Shown: positions 1 to 9,588 of the stretch, in pieces
Numbering within the stretch: the stretch's first letter is position 1
Layout: the number at the start of each line of letters is the position of its first letter
Virus record (IMG/VR): IMGVR_UViG_3300050514_000135
Span: 1-64,000 of that record
Direction: 5' to 3' (one strand)
Length of the DNA: 64,000 bases
Origin: a virus
Lineage: Duplodnaviria; Caudoviricetes
Translations under genes and position numbers: made by a program
Notes under the pieces: generated by a model
Database searches by the model: none
What the model was told of the DNA's origin: nothing
What the model saw: only the letters and a program-made list of their open reading frames with translations

Positions 1-19
1 AGCTCGATTCGGATGCGTT

Positions 20-226
20 TCATGACTGGGCCTCCTTGATCTCGCGCTCGAGTTGATCAGCCCAAGCATGGAGGTCGTCGCTCTCGCGTGATAACTCCCG
101 CAACCGATCGACGAGCTTCAATCGGTCCAGCGTGACGACGTCCGCGGCAGCGTCCAACCTGAACTCGAGAGGGACCTGCACCTCGAGTGGCAGCATCCGC
201 GCCACGTCCTTCGCCTTCTTGATCAC
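20..226 (-). CDS. hypothetical protein
   Basis: Start overlaps the thyX stop, in operon order. Confidence 0.6.
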   Translation of the reverse strand: MIKKAKDVARMLPLEVQVPLEFRLDAAADVVTLDRLKLVDRLRELSRESDDLHAWADQLEREIKEAQS

Positions 227-1185
227 GACCGCGCCCCCAGGATGTCCTCCTCATGCGGGATCAGCTTCCGGTACTGGACCCAGCCGTTCAGGTTACCGAG
301 GAAGTGCGTGCGATCTCCGGGCAGCACGACCGAGTCACCGTTCTCGTGGTACTCCGCGCCGATCCATCGCCATCGATTGCCGACCCAACGCCACTTGGGT
401 TGGCTAAACATCGCGAGTTCTAGATTGGTCATCGGGCGCGCCACGTGCTCGAACGGCGCCATGTGCCCGCTCGCGAGCATCATGTCGGTTCGAGCGATCG
501 ACTTCTCAGGGTGCTCGCCCTCGTTCTGCTTGTCGTACGACACGCGGGCGCAGCGACCGATCGAGATTTTGCACACCGCGTCCGGGAATTCCGACTCGTT
601 CGTGACCACGATGTCGAACGCCTCGCTGGGCGACACGAGCGGTGTGTGCCAATCGCCGTAGTCCAGCGCCCTCGGGTTCCCGTTCGCGTAGAGCTCCCGC
701 ATCGCGTGCGCGAGGTCGCGGAAGTCCGGGTGCGCGTCCTTGTTGTCGCGCAGGTTGAAGAAGTTCGACCACTCGGTGCCGGTGACGAGCGCTGTGTGAA
801 ACATGAACGGCTCGAGGAGCCGGTTCGTGATCTGCTTGTGGATGCCGTGCTTCAAAAGCCGCGCAGCCTGCTCTACTGCGGCGTCTCGTGCGGCTTCCCA
901 CTCAATCGCGGCGAACTTTCCTGCATCAGGCGAAACATCCTGCTCGGCCTGCATCCCCTTTTGGTTCTTGCCCCAGTGCGTCGGCACGTACGGGTCCTCG
1001 AGCACGCGCGCGATCATCTTCTCGACGGGGATCGCCCGCGAGCTCGCGCTGCTCTTGCTTAACATCTTGTGCGTGTTCACCTCGGCCAGGATGATGCGCG
1101 GGTGCACGCACTCGAACGTGGTCAGGCGGTGGCCGGCTGGGGATACGGAGTCGCAGATGATCTTGGAGGATGTTGTCGTGGTCAT
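223..1185 (-). CDS. thyX: FAD-dependent thymidylate synthase ThyX (phage type)
   Basis: RLTTF...PRIILAEVNTHKMLSKSSASSRAIP, HKQITNRLLEPF, CARVSY and H-x-x-PFEH are phage ThyX motifs. Confidence 0.85.
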   Translation of the reverse strand: MTTTTSSKIICDSVSPAGHRLTTFECVHPRIILAEVNTHKMLSKSSASSRAIPVEKMIARVLEDPYVPTHWGKNQKGMQAEQDVSPDAGKFAAIEWEAARDAAVEQAARLLKHGIHKQITNRLLEPFMFHTALVTGTEWSNFFNLRDNKDAHPDFRDLAHAMRELYANGNPRALDYGDWHTPLVSPSEAFDIVVTNESEFPDAVCKISIGRCARVSYDKQNEGEHPEKSIARTDMMLASGHMAPFEHVARPMTNLELAMFSQPKWRWVGNRWRWIGAEYHENGDSVVLPGDRTHFLGNLNGWVQYRKLIPHEEDILGARS

Positions 1186-1439
1186 TTTCCTGGTCCTGGC
1201 ATCGGTCGTATGGGTCTGTCGACCTGAATATTATTCAGAGTCTCGAGGCGCTCGATCTCGTGGTTCAGGTACCATCTCGCTTTACGAAGATCCTCGAGCT
1301 CGCTGCCCTTGTGCGCGGCGCGCGCGATGTACTTCACGGTGTTGCCGAGAGCGAAGCCGAGCTTCCAGTCGTCGATCACGTCGATGACCTCGAACCTGCC
1401 TGCGTTGTAGTGCTTCGGGTGGTTGACGGAGTCGCTCAC
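1182..1439 (-). CDS. DUF3310 family phage protein
   Basis: DSVNHPKHY...EVIDVI...GNTVKYIARA..K...EDLRKARWYL signature. Confidence 0.85.
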   Translation of the reverse strand: MSDSVNHPKHYNAGRFEVIDVIDDWKLGFALGNTVKYIARAAHKGSELEDLRKARWYLNHEIERLETLNNIQVDRPIRPMPGPGK

Positions 1440-1627
1440 GGCCCGTCCTCCAGCTTCACGGTCACGCGCACGCGCTTGCCTACCCAGTTCTCCGGGATGA
1501 TCTTGCCCGCGCCGACCGCGACGTTTGCGACGCCTTGGTCATTCTCGGCGAGCACGCACATCTGCCCCTGCGCGACGATCACCTCACCCTTCCACTCAAT
1601 CTCTTTTTTGGTGCCTGCGTAGTGCAT
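1436..1627 (-). CDS. small hypothetical protein (MHYAGTKKEIEW...)
   Basis: ATG at 1627 overlaps the upstream stop; the ORF-track N-terminal extension is a shadow frame. Confidence 0.6.
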   Translation of the reverse strand: MHYAGTKKEIEWKGEVIVAQGQMCVLAENDQGVANVAVGAGKIIPENWVGKRVRVTVKLEDGP

Positions 1628-2430
1628 CACGCCCTCCTCGCGCTCACGACTGACTCCTTGAACAAGCGGACGCCCGGGATCGCCCGGTTGCCCTTCGCGA
1701 GCTCGTCCTGGATCTTCTTCGTGTCCGGCGAGCAGAGGTAGCGGGGGACCTGCTCGGGGTTCACGACCTCGAACTTCTCCACCTCGCGCACGGAGACGCC
1801 CTGCGGCGCGACCACGGGCTCGTACGCCCCCATTGACTGCGTCGCCGCCATCGCGGTCGGCGCCGCGGAGGCGGCCTGCAGCGCCGCGACGTTCGCGTCC
1901 TGCTTCGCAGCCATGTAGCCGGCGATCTTGCCCTTGAGCGTCTCCTCCGCCTCCTCGAGCGCGGTCAGGACCGGCTTGAAGAGCGCGTTCGTCGCCTTCG
2001 CGGCGTCGTTCAACGGCTTCGTGATCTTCTTCCGCTCGCCCTCGACCAGCGCGTACTCGGACTTCACCTCGCGCAGGAGCTGCGCCGCGAACTCCTGCTG
2101 CGCGTCGGTCGCGATCTCGAACGCCCGCAGGCGCGGCAGCGCATCCGGGTTCGTCCACTGGACTCTCGCGATGACCTCGCGCGCCATGTTCGCCGTCGCC
2201 TCGGATGCTTTTTGAATCTCACTGCTCACGGTCGCCTCCTGCACGCTGCAATTCTCGCCGGTCACCGGCACACCGCACGCCCCGCACGGCGCCGAGAAGT
2301 TCGCCGCCGCGTCGTACACGGTCACGCGGTAGCCTGAGCCGGGGAAGTGCTCGGGGACCCTGTTGGACTCGATGCAAGAGCGGCACGCCGCGTCGCCGCT
2401 CTTCCACGCCCAGCCTAGCCAGTTGAGCAC
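1627..2430 (-). CDS. coiled-coil phage protein (Gp157/Gam-like C-terminus) with N-terminal CxxC...CxxC segment
   Basis: Helical ERKKITKPLND...ALFKP and C-terminal IPGV motif; alternative GTG start at 2229 with AGGAGG RBS. Confidence 0.55.
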   Translation of the reverse strand: MLNWLGWAWKSGDAACRSCIESNRVPEHFPGSGYRVTVYDAAANFSAPCGACGVPVTGENCSVQEATVSSEIQKASEATANMAREVIARVQWTNPDALPRLRAFEIATDAQQEFAAQLLREVKSEYALVEGERKKITKPLNDAAKATNALFKPVLTALEEAEETLKGKIAGYMAAKQDANVAALQAASAAPTAMAATQSMGAYEPVVAPQGVSVREVEKFEVVNPEQVPRYLCSPDTKKIQDELAKGNRAIPGVRLFKESVVSARRA

Positions 2431-4542
2431 TCACGCCGCCTTCCTCTCCGGCGCCCACGGCACCAGTCTCCCGTTCGAGTCCTTGACGACCTTCGCCGAC
2501 TTGCTCCACTTGCGCGCGAGCAGCGTCTCGACCGTCGGCGGGATGTCCGGCAGAAACGGTGACGCACCCGCGATCATCAACCGCTCGAGTTCCATCGCTC
2601 GGTCGTGCGCGCGGTAGTCGTCGTCGGTCTCGACCACGAATTCGTCGTGAATGAAGTTCACCGGGCGCGAGCCGTACAGCGGCGAGCCCGGTTGCGCGTA
2701 GCACGCCTCCGCGATCAGGAAACCTGCCGCCTTCGCGGCGTCGGCGGCGAGCGCCTGGAACCAGCCGTTCGCGTACTCGGTGAAGTTCAGGTCGCCGCGG
2801 AACCGGTTCGACATGAAGTACCGGATCTGCGTCTGCCCGCTGTTCATAAACTTCTTCGCGTCAGCGAGGTAGAGCGGTGCCTCGGGCCACGCGCCGAGCC
2901 AGAAGTCCTTGAGCGCGAACGCCTCGCTCGGCTCGATGATGACGTTGTAGTTTTTTCGGCCGTAGTCGATCAACTTCAGCGGCCCGAGCCCTCCGGGCAG
3001 TCCGAAGTCGGCGACCTTGCCGGTCTGGCGCGCGAGGTAGACGCGACCCTTGCGGTCGATCTCGAACTCCGCGTGCGCCTCGTCGTAGCTGATGTGCAGG
3101 ATCTTCGACGCCATCTCGAGGTGCGGGTCGAGGCCCTTGTTCAGCATCTCGCCCATGCGCGTCTGGCCGAACTTCCACAGGCAGACCTGCGACCACGTGC
3201 GCAGCTCGAAGCCGGAGAAGTCGGCGACGATAAAGATCTTCCCCGGGCGCGGCTCCGCGCACTCGCGCATGCCGTTCGACGTCGACCAGTTCTGGGTCTG
3301 CCCCTTGCCGAAGTTGTTCCCGCCCTTGGTGCGCCCGCTGTTCGCCAGATCGAACTTCGGCTGGATCGGGTACTCGGTGCCCATCTGCAGGAGCGGCACG
3401 TCGCTCTTCAGCATGTGCTCGAAGTGCGAGAGTTCGGCGTACTTCCTCAGCAGCGGGTGCTGCGCGCGCGAGCACACGTCCTTGTCGGTCACGACCGACT
3501 CGCGCTGCTTCGCGATCTTCCTCTCGATGGAGGCGCGGCGCGCCGGCACCGACTCGTGCTCCAGCGCGGCCTCGAGAAACTCGAGCTTCTTCATCGCGGT
3601 CTTCGTGAGAGGCACGACGTGACCGGCGGCCTGCTTCTCGGCGACGACCATCGCCTGCACGGGCGCCTTCTTCTTCGTGTACTTCTTGATCTCCCCGGTC
3701 TTCTTGTTCTTCGTGACGTGCACGATGCCCGAGTCGATCAGCTCGTCGCGCAGGCGCTCGTAGTTCAGCTGTGCCTTGCGCGCGAACTCGCGGACCTCCG
3801 CCGGGTTCGTATGGAACCCCCAGCAGCCCATGAGCTGCAGCCAGAAGTACGCGCGCGACTGGCGGTACTCGTCCTCGAAGTAATCGACGCCGCGATCCTG
3901 GTTCTCGCGCTCCTGGTCGAGCCACACGGCGTCGGTCGCGACCGCGTCCATGACCGCGTACTGCTGCGCCTCGGCGGGCCAGAACGACATCGGCACGTCG
4001 CGCAGCTCGCCGAAGCGGAGCTGCCAGCCGCCCTTGTCGAGCTTGATGCGGCAGCGCCGGTACGCGACCTCGGCGAGGTTGTAGTTCAGGCGCGTGCGGT
4101 CCTCGCCGTCGTCGGTCGTCGCCCACTGGTAGCTGCCCTCGGCGATGTCGCGGAGCTTCTCGCGCAGCATGGCATCGGACACGCGGTCGGCGCGGTACAC
4201 GTCGAAGACCTTCGGGATGACGTCCGGCCACTCGGCGCAGCACACGGTCATGTCGTACGCGATGTTGAACCCGACGATCAGCTCGTCGCTGTCGAGCAGC
4301 CGCACGAAGTGCTCCTTGGCCTCGCTGTGGTGCACGATCGCGCGCTCGCGCTCGTTCGCCCACGTGACGCACGCGAGCGGCGGCGCGAGCCGCCCGCGCT
4401 GGATGAGTGCGGTCTCGGTGTCGAGCGAGCGCCGCGGGCGAGCCGGCGCGGACTGGCACTGCGGCGAGCAGTACGACGCCCCCTGGTAGAGGATCGCCTT
4501 CCCGCACCGCCGACACGCACCGTGTGAGACGCGCTGGGTCAC
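2431..4542 (-). CDS. polA: family A DNA polymerase with 3'-5' exonuclease and N-terminal Zn-finger-like segment
   Basis: ExoI SLDTET, ExoII GFNIAYD, ExoIII YAVMDA; motif A ADFSGFELR, motif B RQTGKVADFGLPGG, motif C FIHDEF; GTG start at 4542 overlaps the upstream TGA. Confidence 0.92.
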   Translation of the reverse strand: MTQRVSHGACRRCGKAILYQGASYCSPQCQSAPARPRRSLDTETALIQRGRLAPPLACVTWANERERAIVHHSEAKEHFVRLLDSDELIVGFNIAYDMTVCCAEWPDVIPKVFDVYRADRVSDAMLREKLRDIAEGSYQWATTDDGEDRTRLNYNLAEVAYRRCRIKLDKGGWQLRFGELRDVPMSFWPAEAQQYAVMDAVATDAVWLDQERENQDRGVDYFEDEYRQSRAYFWLQLMGCWGFHTNPAEVREFARKAQLNYERLRDELIDSGIVHVTKNKKTGEIKKYTKKKAPVQAMVVAEKQAAGHVVPLTKTAMKKLEFLEAALEHESVPARRASIERKIAKQRESVVTDKDVCSRAQHPLLRKYAELSHFEHMLKSDVPLLQMGTEYPIQPKFDLANSGRTKGGNNFGKGQTQNWSTSNGMRECAEPRPGKIFIVADFSGFELRTWSQVCLWKFGQTRMGEMLNKGLDPHLEMASKILHISYDEAHAEFEIDRKGRVYLARQTGKVADFGLPGGLGPLKLIDYGRKNYNVIIEPSEAFALKDFWLGAWPEAPLYLADAKKFMNSGQTQIRYFMSNRFRGDLNFTEYANGWFQALAADAAKAAGFLIAEACYAQPGSPLYGSRPVNFIHDEFVVETDDDYRAHDRAMELERLMIAGASPFLPDIPPTVETLLARKWSKSAKVVKDSNGRLVPWAPERKAA

Positions 4543-4817
4543 TTCGCCTGCAGCTCCAGGTACTTCTGCCAGGCTCCCTCGATGCCCATGACGCGCTCGT
4601 GCTTGCCCTTGTCGAGCGCGTACTTCAGGCAGGCGTCGGCGCACTCGCGCGCCTCCTCGACCTTCTCCGCGTCCTTGCCCTCTGCCTCCCTGAGCATCGC
4701 CCAGATCCCGATGACCAGCGCCGCGCTCGGGTCGCGGCCCATGAGCACGAAGTGCGGCTCGTCCGGTTCGAGCTTGCTGTAGCAGTCGAACTTCCCTGGT
4801 TGGTTCTTCGTGCCCAT
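4539..4817 (-). CDS. conserved phage hypothetical protein (GKFDCY...PDEPHFVLMGRD)
   Basis: ATG at 4817 after GAGGAGG, coupled to neighbouring genes. Confidence 0.7.
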   Translation of the reverse strand: MGTKNQPGKFDCYSKLEPDEPHFVLMGRDPSAALVIGIWAMLREAEGKDAEKVEEARECADACLKYALDKGKHERVMGIEGAWQKYLELQAK

Positions 4818-5011
4818 CAGTCCTCCTCGTCGTCCAGGTCGCCCGCGTCGTCGCCCTCGAGCACGCACATGCCGCGGTGCTCGCGCACGCGCCCGAGCAC
4901 GCCCGTCACCTCATCGCCGTCCTCGTTCTCGAGCTCCAGCACGACCTCGAGCTCGTCGTCGAGGTCCTCCAGGACCGCCTTGAGTCGGCCCACCGTCCAC
5001 GGCTCAGGCAT
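4817..5011 (-). CDS. small acidic hypothetical protein
   Basis: Coupled ORF with high-GC3 codon usage. Confidence 0.6.
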   Translation of the reverse strand: MPEPWTVGRLKAVLEDLDDELEVVLELENEDGDEVTGVLGRVREHRGMCVLEGDDAGDLDDEED

Positions 5012-5675
5012 TGGTCGACTCCGGTGCGATCATCGCCTCTCCGTTAGCTTGTTTGCAGTCGTGACAGCGGAGCGAGAACGCCCGCAGGTCGTCCATCGTG
5101 ATCGGTCGTTGCTCGCCCTCGTTGATCGTCACGACCATCACCTCTCGCTGGTGCTCGCAGTACTGCAAGAACTCTTCGGTCGAGACGTCGACGAGCGTGA
5201 CCCCTGGTGCTTCCCCGCTCTCGCCGTTCGCCGGCGCCGCCGCGGCCGGCGCCTTCTTGGCTCGCCCGCGCTTCTTCTTCGGCTGCCCCGGCAAGCGCGT
5301 GGCCGTCGCGTTGTCGGGTTTCGCCTCCGGCTTCGCGACGGTCGGGGCCGCGGCAGCGACCTTCTTCGCGCGCGCCTTCTTCGCCGGGGGCGGCTTGGGC
5401 TTCACCCAGAGCTGGTAGTGCGCCGGGTTCACGAGTCTCGTGACCAGCTTCTTCCGCTCTTTCTTCTTCCCGCTCTCGTCCTCGTGGTGCTCGACCACGG
5501 TCTCCTGCTCCGTGTCGTGCTCGACCCAGAGGTCCACCAGCAACCAGCCCGGACTGTCGTCGGGCGGGTCGATCGGCACGCCGTCCACGTAGCCCGCGTC
5601 GGGCGAACTCGTGGTGGTCGAGCAGATCACTCGGATGTCGAACTTGTTCCCGTCGATCTCTTTTCGCATTGGCAT
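5004..5675 (-). CDS. hypothetical protein with K/A/P-rich linker and C-terminal Cys
   Basis: Operon position and codon usage. Confidence 0.65.
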   Translation of the reverse strand: MPMRKEIDGNKFDIRVICSTTTSSPDAGYVDGVPIDPPDDSPGWLLVDLWVEHDTEQETVVEHHEDESGKKKERKKLVTRLVNPAHYQLWVKPKPPPAKKARAKKVAAAAPTVAKPEAKPDNATATRLPGQPKKKRGRAKKAPAAAAPANGESGEAPGVTLVDVSTEEFLQYCEHQREVMVVTINEGEQRPITMDDLRAFSLRCHDCKQANGEAMIAPESTNA

Positions 5676-5693
5676 TGCTCTTTCTCTTCGGTC

Positions 5694-6158
5694 TCAGCCG
5701 CCGTTGGGCACGTACGGGTAGAAGTCGCACGCGGTGAAGTCGCGGTTGCTCTGCGTCTTCACGCCGCGCGCGCGGACCACGACGTACTTCTTCGTGAAGT
5801 TGTTGTTGTCCTGGTAGACGATCGCCCAGTCGAGGAGCGGCTTCATCTGCGCCCGCAGCGCGTTCACCGTGGCCTCGTCCTCGCGGTGCACGCCGAGCAC
5901 GCCCGCCGCCCACTGGAAGATCGCGTTGTCGGCGACGTCCTTCTTCGTGAGGTCCTGCTTCCAGACGACGAGTTGCCCGACCGGGTTCTCCGGGTGGTTC
6001 GAGCTCATCACCGTCATCTCGCAGAAGAACTTCGCGCCGAAGCGCGTGTCGTTGACGTACGTCTTCTCGATCTGGCAGACGCCCTCGAAGCCGTCCGCGA
6101 GCGTCGGCTGCCGGGGCGGCCCGATCTCCGCGCGTTGAAAATTACTGAACTGGTACAT
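5694..6158 (-). CDS. putative single-stranded DNA-binding-type protein
   Basis: Beta-rich 154-aa protein between helicase and polymerase; function inferred from position only. Confidence 0.35.
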   Translation of the reverse strand: MYQFSNFQRAEIGPPRQPTLADGFEGVCQIEKTYVNDTRFGAKFFCEMTVMSSNHPENPVGQLVVWKQDLTKKDVADNAIFQWAAGVLGVHREDEATVNALRAQMKPLLDWAIVYQDNNNFTKKYVVVRARGVKTQSNRDFTACDFYPYVPNGG

Positions 6159-6161
6159 GCT

Positions 6162-7976
6162 TCACACTCCTCTGCTTGACTTGTTTGCTGCCCACCGCGG
6201 GCCGAAGCCGCGGAGACTCCTGTCGTCGACGTCGACCGTGGCCAGTAGCAGCTTCTGCGGCGCCCCGGTCGCGTGCTCGATGTAGCGCGCGTCGCGCATC
6301 GCCTGGTCGAGCGCCTCCAACTGCTCTCGGCACGAGACCAGGAACTCGAACGTGACCTCGTCCGCGAACTGGCCGGGTCGGTGCGTGCGACCGATCAGTT
6401 GCTGATTGCGCGCCCCGTTCGGCAGGAGCGACATGATCAGGTTCTTGTTCCAGCCCTGCAGGTTGCGTCCCTCGCTGTTCGCCGCCCGCGACGCCACCAG
6501 CGTGGTGCGCGTGTCGTGGTTGTCGATGAACCGCTTGTGAACGTCGAAGCCCTTCGCGCCGTAATAGGTGAGCCCGAACTCGTCGCGCAGGCGCTGCCCG
6601 ACGCACTTGTGCTCGGTCCAGATTATCCCGACGTTCTTGCGCGCCCACTCGGCGGCGAACTCGCAGGCGGTCGAGTCGATCCACACGGGCACCGTGTTCG
6701 GCGTGAACGTGTCGCGCACGGCCAGCCACTCTCGGCACTCCTTGGAGTCGGCGTGCGCGATGCGGACCTGCTTCTCGCTGTCCCACTTGCGCGAGTGCTT
6801 GAGCACGTCGCGCACGAACGCGTGCCAGACCTTGCGCGGCATCTCCCACTCGGGCGGCGGCCGCGGGGACCAGACGTAGAAGAAGCCCAGGGCGAGCTCG
6901 CGCGCGTGCCGCGCGAACGTCATCGGGTCCGGGATGGTCCAGCCGTCGGGCGTCTCCCAGTTCTCGCGCAGGTGGTTGAACGCAGCGTCCACGTTCGGCC
7001 CAGGCTCGTAACCGAGCGCGCGCACGACGATCGTCGCGTCGACGCCGGTCTCGTGCGTGGCGACCACGCCCGGCGTCTCCACGAGTCTCCGCCGGAACGT
7101 CTGCCGCGCCGCGGCCTTGCGGTCCCCTAACCAGAGCTTCCGGTCCTCGGCGTCCGCGCAGAGGATCTCGAGCGCGCCCGGGTCGACGCGCGCGAAGTCG
7201 CCCTTCTTCTCGTCGAGCGCGTCGGACCAGAGCTTCAGGTCGTTCCAGTGCGTCGGCACCGGCACGAGCTCCGCCGGCAGGCACCACGTCAGGATGTGCG
7301 CGAAGTCGAGGATCGACCGCTTCGTCGCGGTGCCCGACACGGCGCCGCAGTGCACCGGCTTCGGCGGCTGCTGGTAGTGGCCGACCACGACGACCTTGCG
7401 CTTCTTCTTGTGCTTGTCGCGGAAGAAGCGGTTGATGCGCCGCGCGACGGCCGCGTCCTTGTTGTTCTTCGCGCGGTGGCACTCGTCGAGGAACACCAAG
7501 TCCGGGTCCCACTCGTCCAGTGCGCCGGGCACGTCGTTCTCCGGGTCGCCGCCGGCCTTCAGTCGACCGAGCCACTCGTAGCTCATGATCCGGATGAAGA
7601 GCGGCAGGTACCAGTGCTGCTCGAGGACCTCCTTGTCGCGCTTCGTCTTCTCGACGAGCCCGGCCGGCACGATCAGCAGCGGCCGGTGCGACTTCATGAT
7701 CACCGGCGCGAGCAGCGAGATGAGCGTCTTGCCCGCGCCGACGGTGATGCTACCGAAGAGCCCGCCGACGGTGCCGAGCTCGTAGAGCGCCCACGCCTGC
7801 ACGGGCTTCAGGCGCATCGTCCCGCGCGGCTTCTTCAGCCGCGCCGTCAGCTCGTCGGCGAGCCACTCCATGTCCTCCGGCGCCATCACGCGACGCCGGA
7901 GGTTGGAGATCCGGAACAGCTCCGCGCTGGGCGGCACGAAGTCCGGAGGGGGTGCTCTGCCGATCAAGGCGCTCAT
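6162..7976 (-). CDS. SF2 (SNF2-like) DEAD/DEAH-box helicase
   Basis: TVGAGKT Walker A, LDECH, SGTAT, SEGRNLQ, QLIGRTHRPGQ; start MSALIG at 7976. Confidence 0.88.
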   Translation of the reverse strand: MSALIGRAPPPDFVPPSAELFRISNLRRRVMAPEDMEWLADELTARLKKPRGTMRLKPVQAWALYELGTVGGLFGSITVGAGKTLISLLAPVIMKSHRPLLIVPAGLVEKTKRDKEVLEQHWYLPLFIRIMSYEWLGRLKAGGDPENDVPGALDEWDPDLVFLDECHRAKNNKDAAVARRINRFFRDKHKKKRKVVVVGHYQQPPKPVHCGAVSGTATKRSILDFAHILTWCLPAELVPVPTHWNDLKLWSDALDEKKGDFARVDPGALEILCADAEDRKLWLGDRKAAARQTFRRRLVETPGVVATHETGVDATIVVRALGYEPGPNVDAAFNHLRENWETPDGWTIPDPMTFARHARELALGFFYVWSPRPPPEWEMPRKVWHAFVRDVLKHSRKWDSEKQVRIAHADSKECREWLAVRDTFTPNTVPVWIDSTACEFAAEWARKNVGIIWTEHKCVGQRLRDEFGLTYYGAKGFDVHKRFIDNHDTRTTLVASRAANSEGRNLQGWNKNLIMSLLPNGARNQQLIGRTHRPGQFADEVTFEFLVSCREQLEALDQAMRDARYIEHATGAPQKLLLATVDVDDRSLRGFGPRWAANKSSRGV

Positions 7977-7984
7977 CGTTCCGC

Positions 7985-9376
7985 TTACTGGCGGGCCCGG
8001 AGCTCCGCGACGAGTGCGTCGGCGATCTGAGCCGCCTGGCTCGTGTTGCCGTTGGTGAGCTGCACGGCGCTCGCGGCGAAGATGACCCAAGAGCCGTCCA
8101 GCGCGTGCTCCTTGCTCTTGGTCGGCCTGCCGACGGGCTTGGCGGCCTCCTGGGGCTGCTGGGCACCCGGGGGCGTGAACTGCTGCGCCGGGGGCGGTTG
8201 CGGGGCTGGAAAGGCCGCCTGGGGCATCGGCAGCTGCTGCTGCTGGGGTTGGAACGACGGTTGGGGAGCCTGCGGCTGAAACTGCGGCGGGCCCTGCTGC
8301 GTGAATTGCGGCTGCGGCGCCCCTTGCGGCGCGAACGTCGACGGCGCCGACGGCGGCATCTGCGGCGCCGAGAACTGCGGCATGGGCGCGCTGAACTGCT
8401 GCCCGCCCGGCACCTGGAACTGCGGCGGCCCCTGCGGCTGCAGCGGTTGCTGGGGTTGGAACTGCGGCTGGCCCTGCGGTTGGAACTGTGGTTGTCCCTG
8501 CGGCTGGAACTGCGGCGGGTTGATCGGCGCGCCGTTCGGCGGCGTCACTCCGCCCAGGAACTGCTGGGTGGCGGGGTTGTTCTGGAAGTTGCTCATGATG
8601 GTTTGGATCCTCTCTTTTGCTTTGATCGCGCAGTGCTCTTCGCCCTGGTACGGGCACCCCCCGTACTGGTCACACGCTGTGAGGTCTTGGACGACGTCGA
8701 GCGCGCGCTTCGTGCTCTGGATGTGCCGCTTGATGGCGCGCCCCGTCTCGATGTTCTTCTGCATGCGCGGCGTGATCATCGCGTCGGTCACCGTCGCGTA
8801 GACGGGCTTCACCTTGATCGCGCCCTCGCTCTTGACGTAGTTCCACTGGAGGTCAATCTCCGTCTTGCCGGTCAAGATGATCGTCCACGCCGCGTAGAGC
8901 GCGGCCTGCGCGTCGTTCTGTATCTCCTCCGCGCGCGGCGCCCACCGGTCCGGGTCCTTCGACGTCTTGTGGTCGTACGTGCGCGGGCGCACCACGCCGT
9001 CCCAGCTGAGCTGCATCGGGACGAACAAGTCGATCTTGACGTTGAAGAGCACGTCCACGACCACGATCAGCTCGTCGCGCTCGACGTTCGTCCGCTCGCA
9101 CGCCTGCGGCGGCGGCAGGTACGGGATCATCGCCTGCGCGAGCAGGACCTCCTTGCTGCTGCCCGTCGGCACGACGCCGTACTTCAGCCACTTCTCGAGC
9201 CGCCCGTGCGTGTTGATGCCGAGCTCCGCGAACTTCTTCGGCGGCGCGTACTGCCGCTCCAGCCACCGCCAGGCCCACTTGCGGTTGCAGAGTTCGTAGT
9301 TCGAGATCTGTGTGGCGGAGATCCAAGGTTCTTTCTCGGGGTCGATGGGTGGGTAGATGGGGAGGAGAGCGCTCAT
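7985..9376 (-). CDS. PD-(D/E)XK nuclease (Cas4/RecB-like, Fe-S Cys) with Q/P-rich C-terminal tail
   Basis: ISATQI...C.RKW, KIDL, DHKT, Q...Y, CDQYGGCPY..C. Confidence 0.8.
   Translation of the reverse strand: MSALLPIYPPIDPEKEPWISATQISNYELCNRKWAWRWLERQYAPPKKFAELGINTHGRLEKWLKYGVVPTGSSKEVLLAQAMIPYLPPPQACERTNVERDELIVVVDVLFNVKIDLFVPMQLSWDGVVRPRTYDHKTSKDPDRWAPRAEEIQNDAQAALYAAWTIILTGKTEIDLQWNYVKSEGAIKVKPVYATVTDAMITPRMQKNIETGRAIKRHIQSTKRALDVVQDLTACDQYGGCPYQGEEHCAIKAKERIQTIMSNFQNNPATQQFLGGVTPPNGAPINPPQFQPQGQPQFQPQGQPQFQPQQPLQPQGPPQFQVPGGQQFSAPMPQFSAPQMPPSAPSTFAPQGAPQPQFTQQGPPQFQPQAPQPSFQPQQQQLPMPQAAFPAPQPPPAQQFTPPGAQQPQEAAKPVGRPTKSKEHALDGSWVIFAASAVQLTNGNTSQAAQIADALVAELRARQ
8440..8516 (-). repeat. tandem 24-nt coding repeat (QFQPQGQP) inside the nuclease tail
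   Basis: PQFQPQGQPQFQPQGQPQFQPQ in the translation. Confidence 0.75.
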
Positions 9377-9588
9377 CCGCGCTTGTTCCCGTTCTTTTTT
9401 TCTTCGAGGACTTCAGTCAGCAGCGCCTGAACTGCGCTGGTCCGGCTCACGACCATCCCGGTCTTAGCTCGCAAGTACTTCGCGTGAGCATCTATCTGTT
9501 TCACGAGTTTCGGTGACAATCTCACCATCGGATCCAGCTTTTTTGCCATCGAACGAACTGTATACACTTTGTCGAGCGAATGCGTCAA
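9373..9588 (-). CDS. ribbon-helix-helix DNA-binding protein
   Basis: MVRLSPKLVKQID...SRTSAVQALL RHH pattern; true start may be the ATG at 9549. Confidence 0.6.
   Translation of the reverse strand: MTHSLDKVYTVRSMAKKLDPMVRLSPKLVKQIDAHAKYLRAKTGMVVSRTSAVQALLTEVLEEKKNGNKRG

Noticed and set aside
2431-4542. DpoZ / 2-aminoadenine genome
   Set aside because: No PurZ, DatZ or MazZ-like gene is recognisable in the window.
7985-9376. Cas4 as an adaptation module for the arrays
   Set aside because: It lies 7 kb away within the replication operon, where solo Cas4-like exonucleases are common in phages, and no Cas1 is seen.
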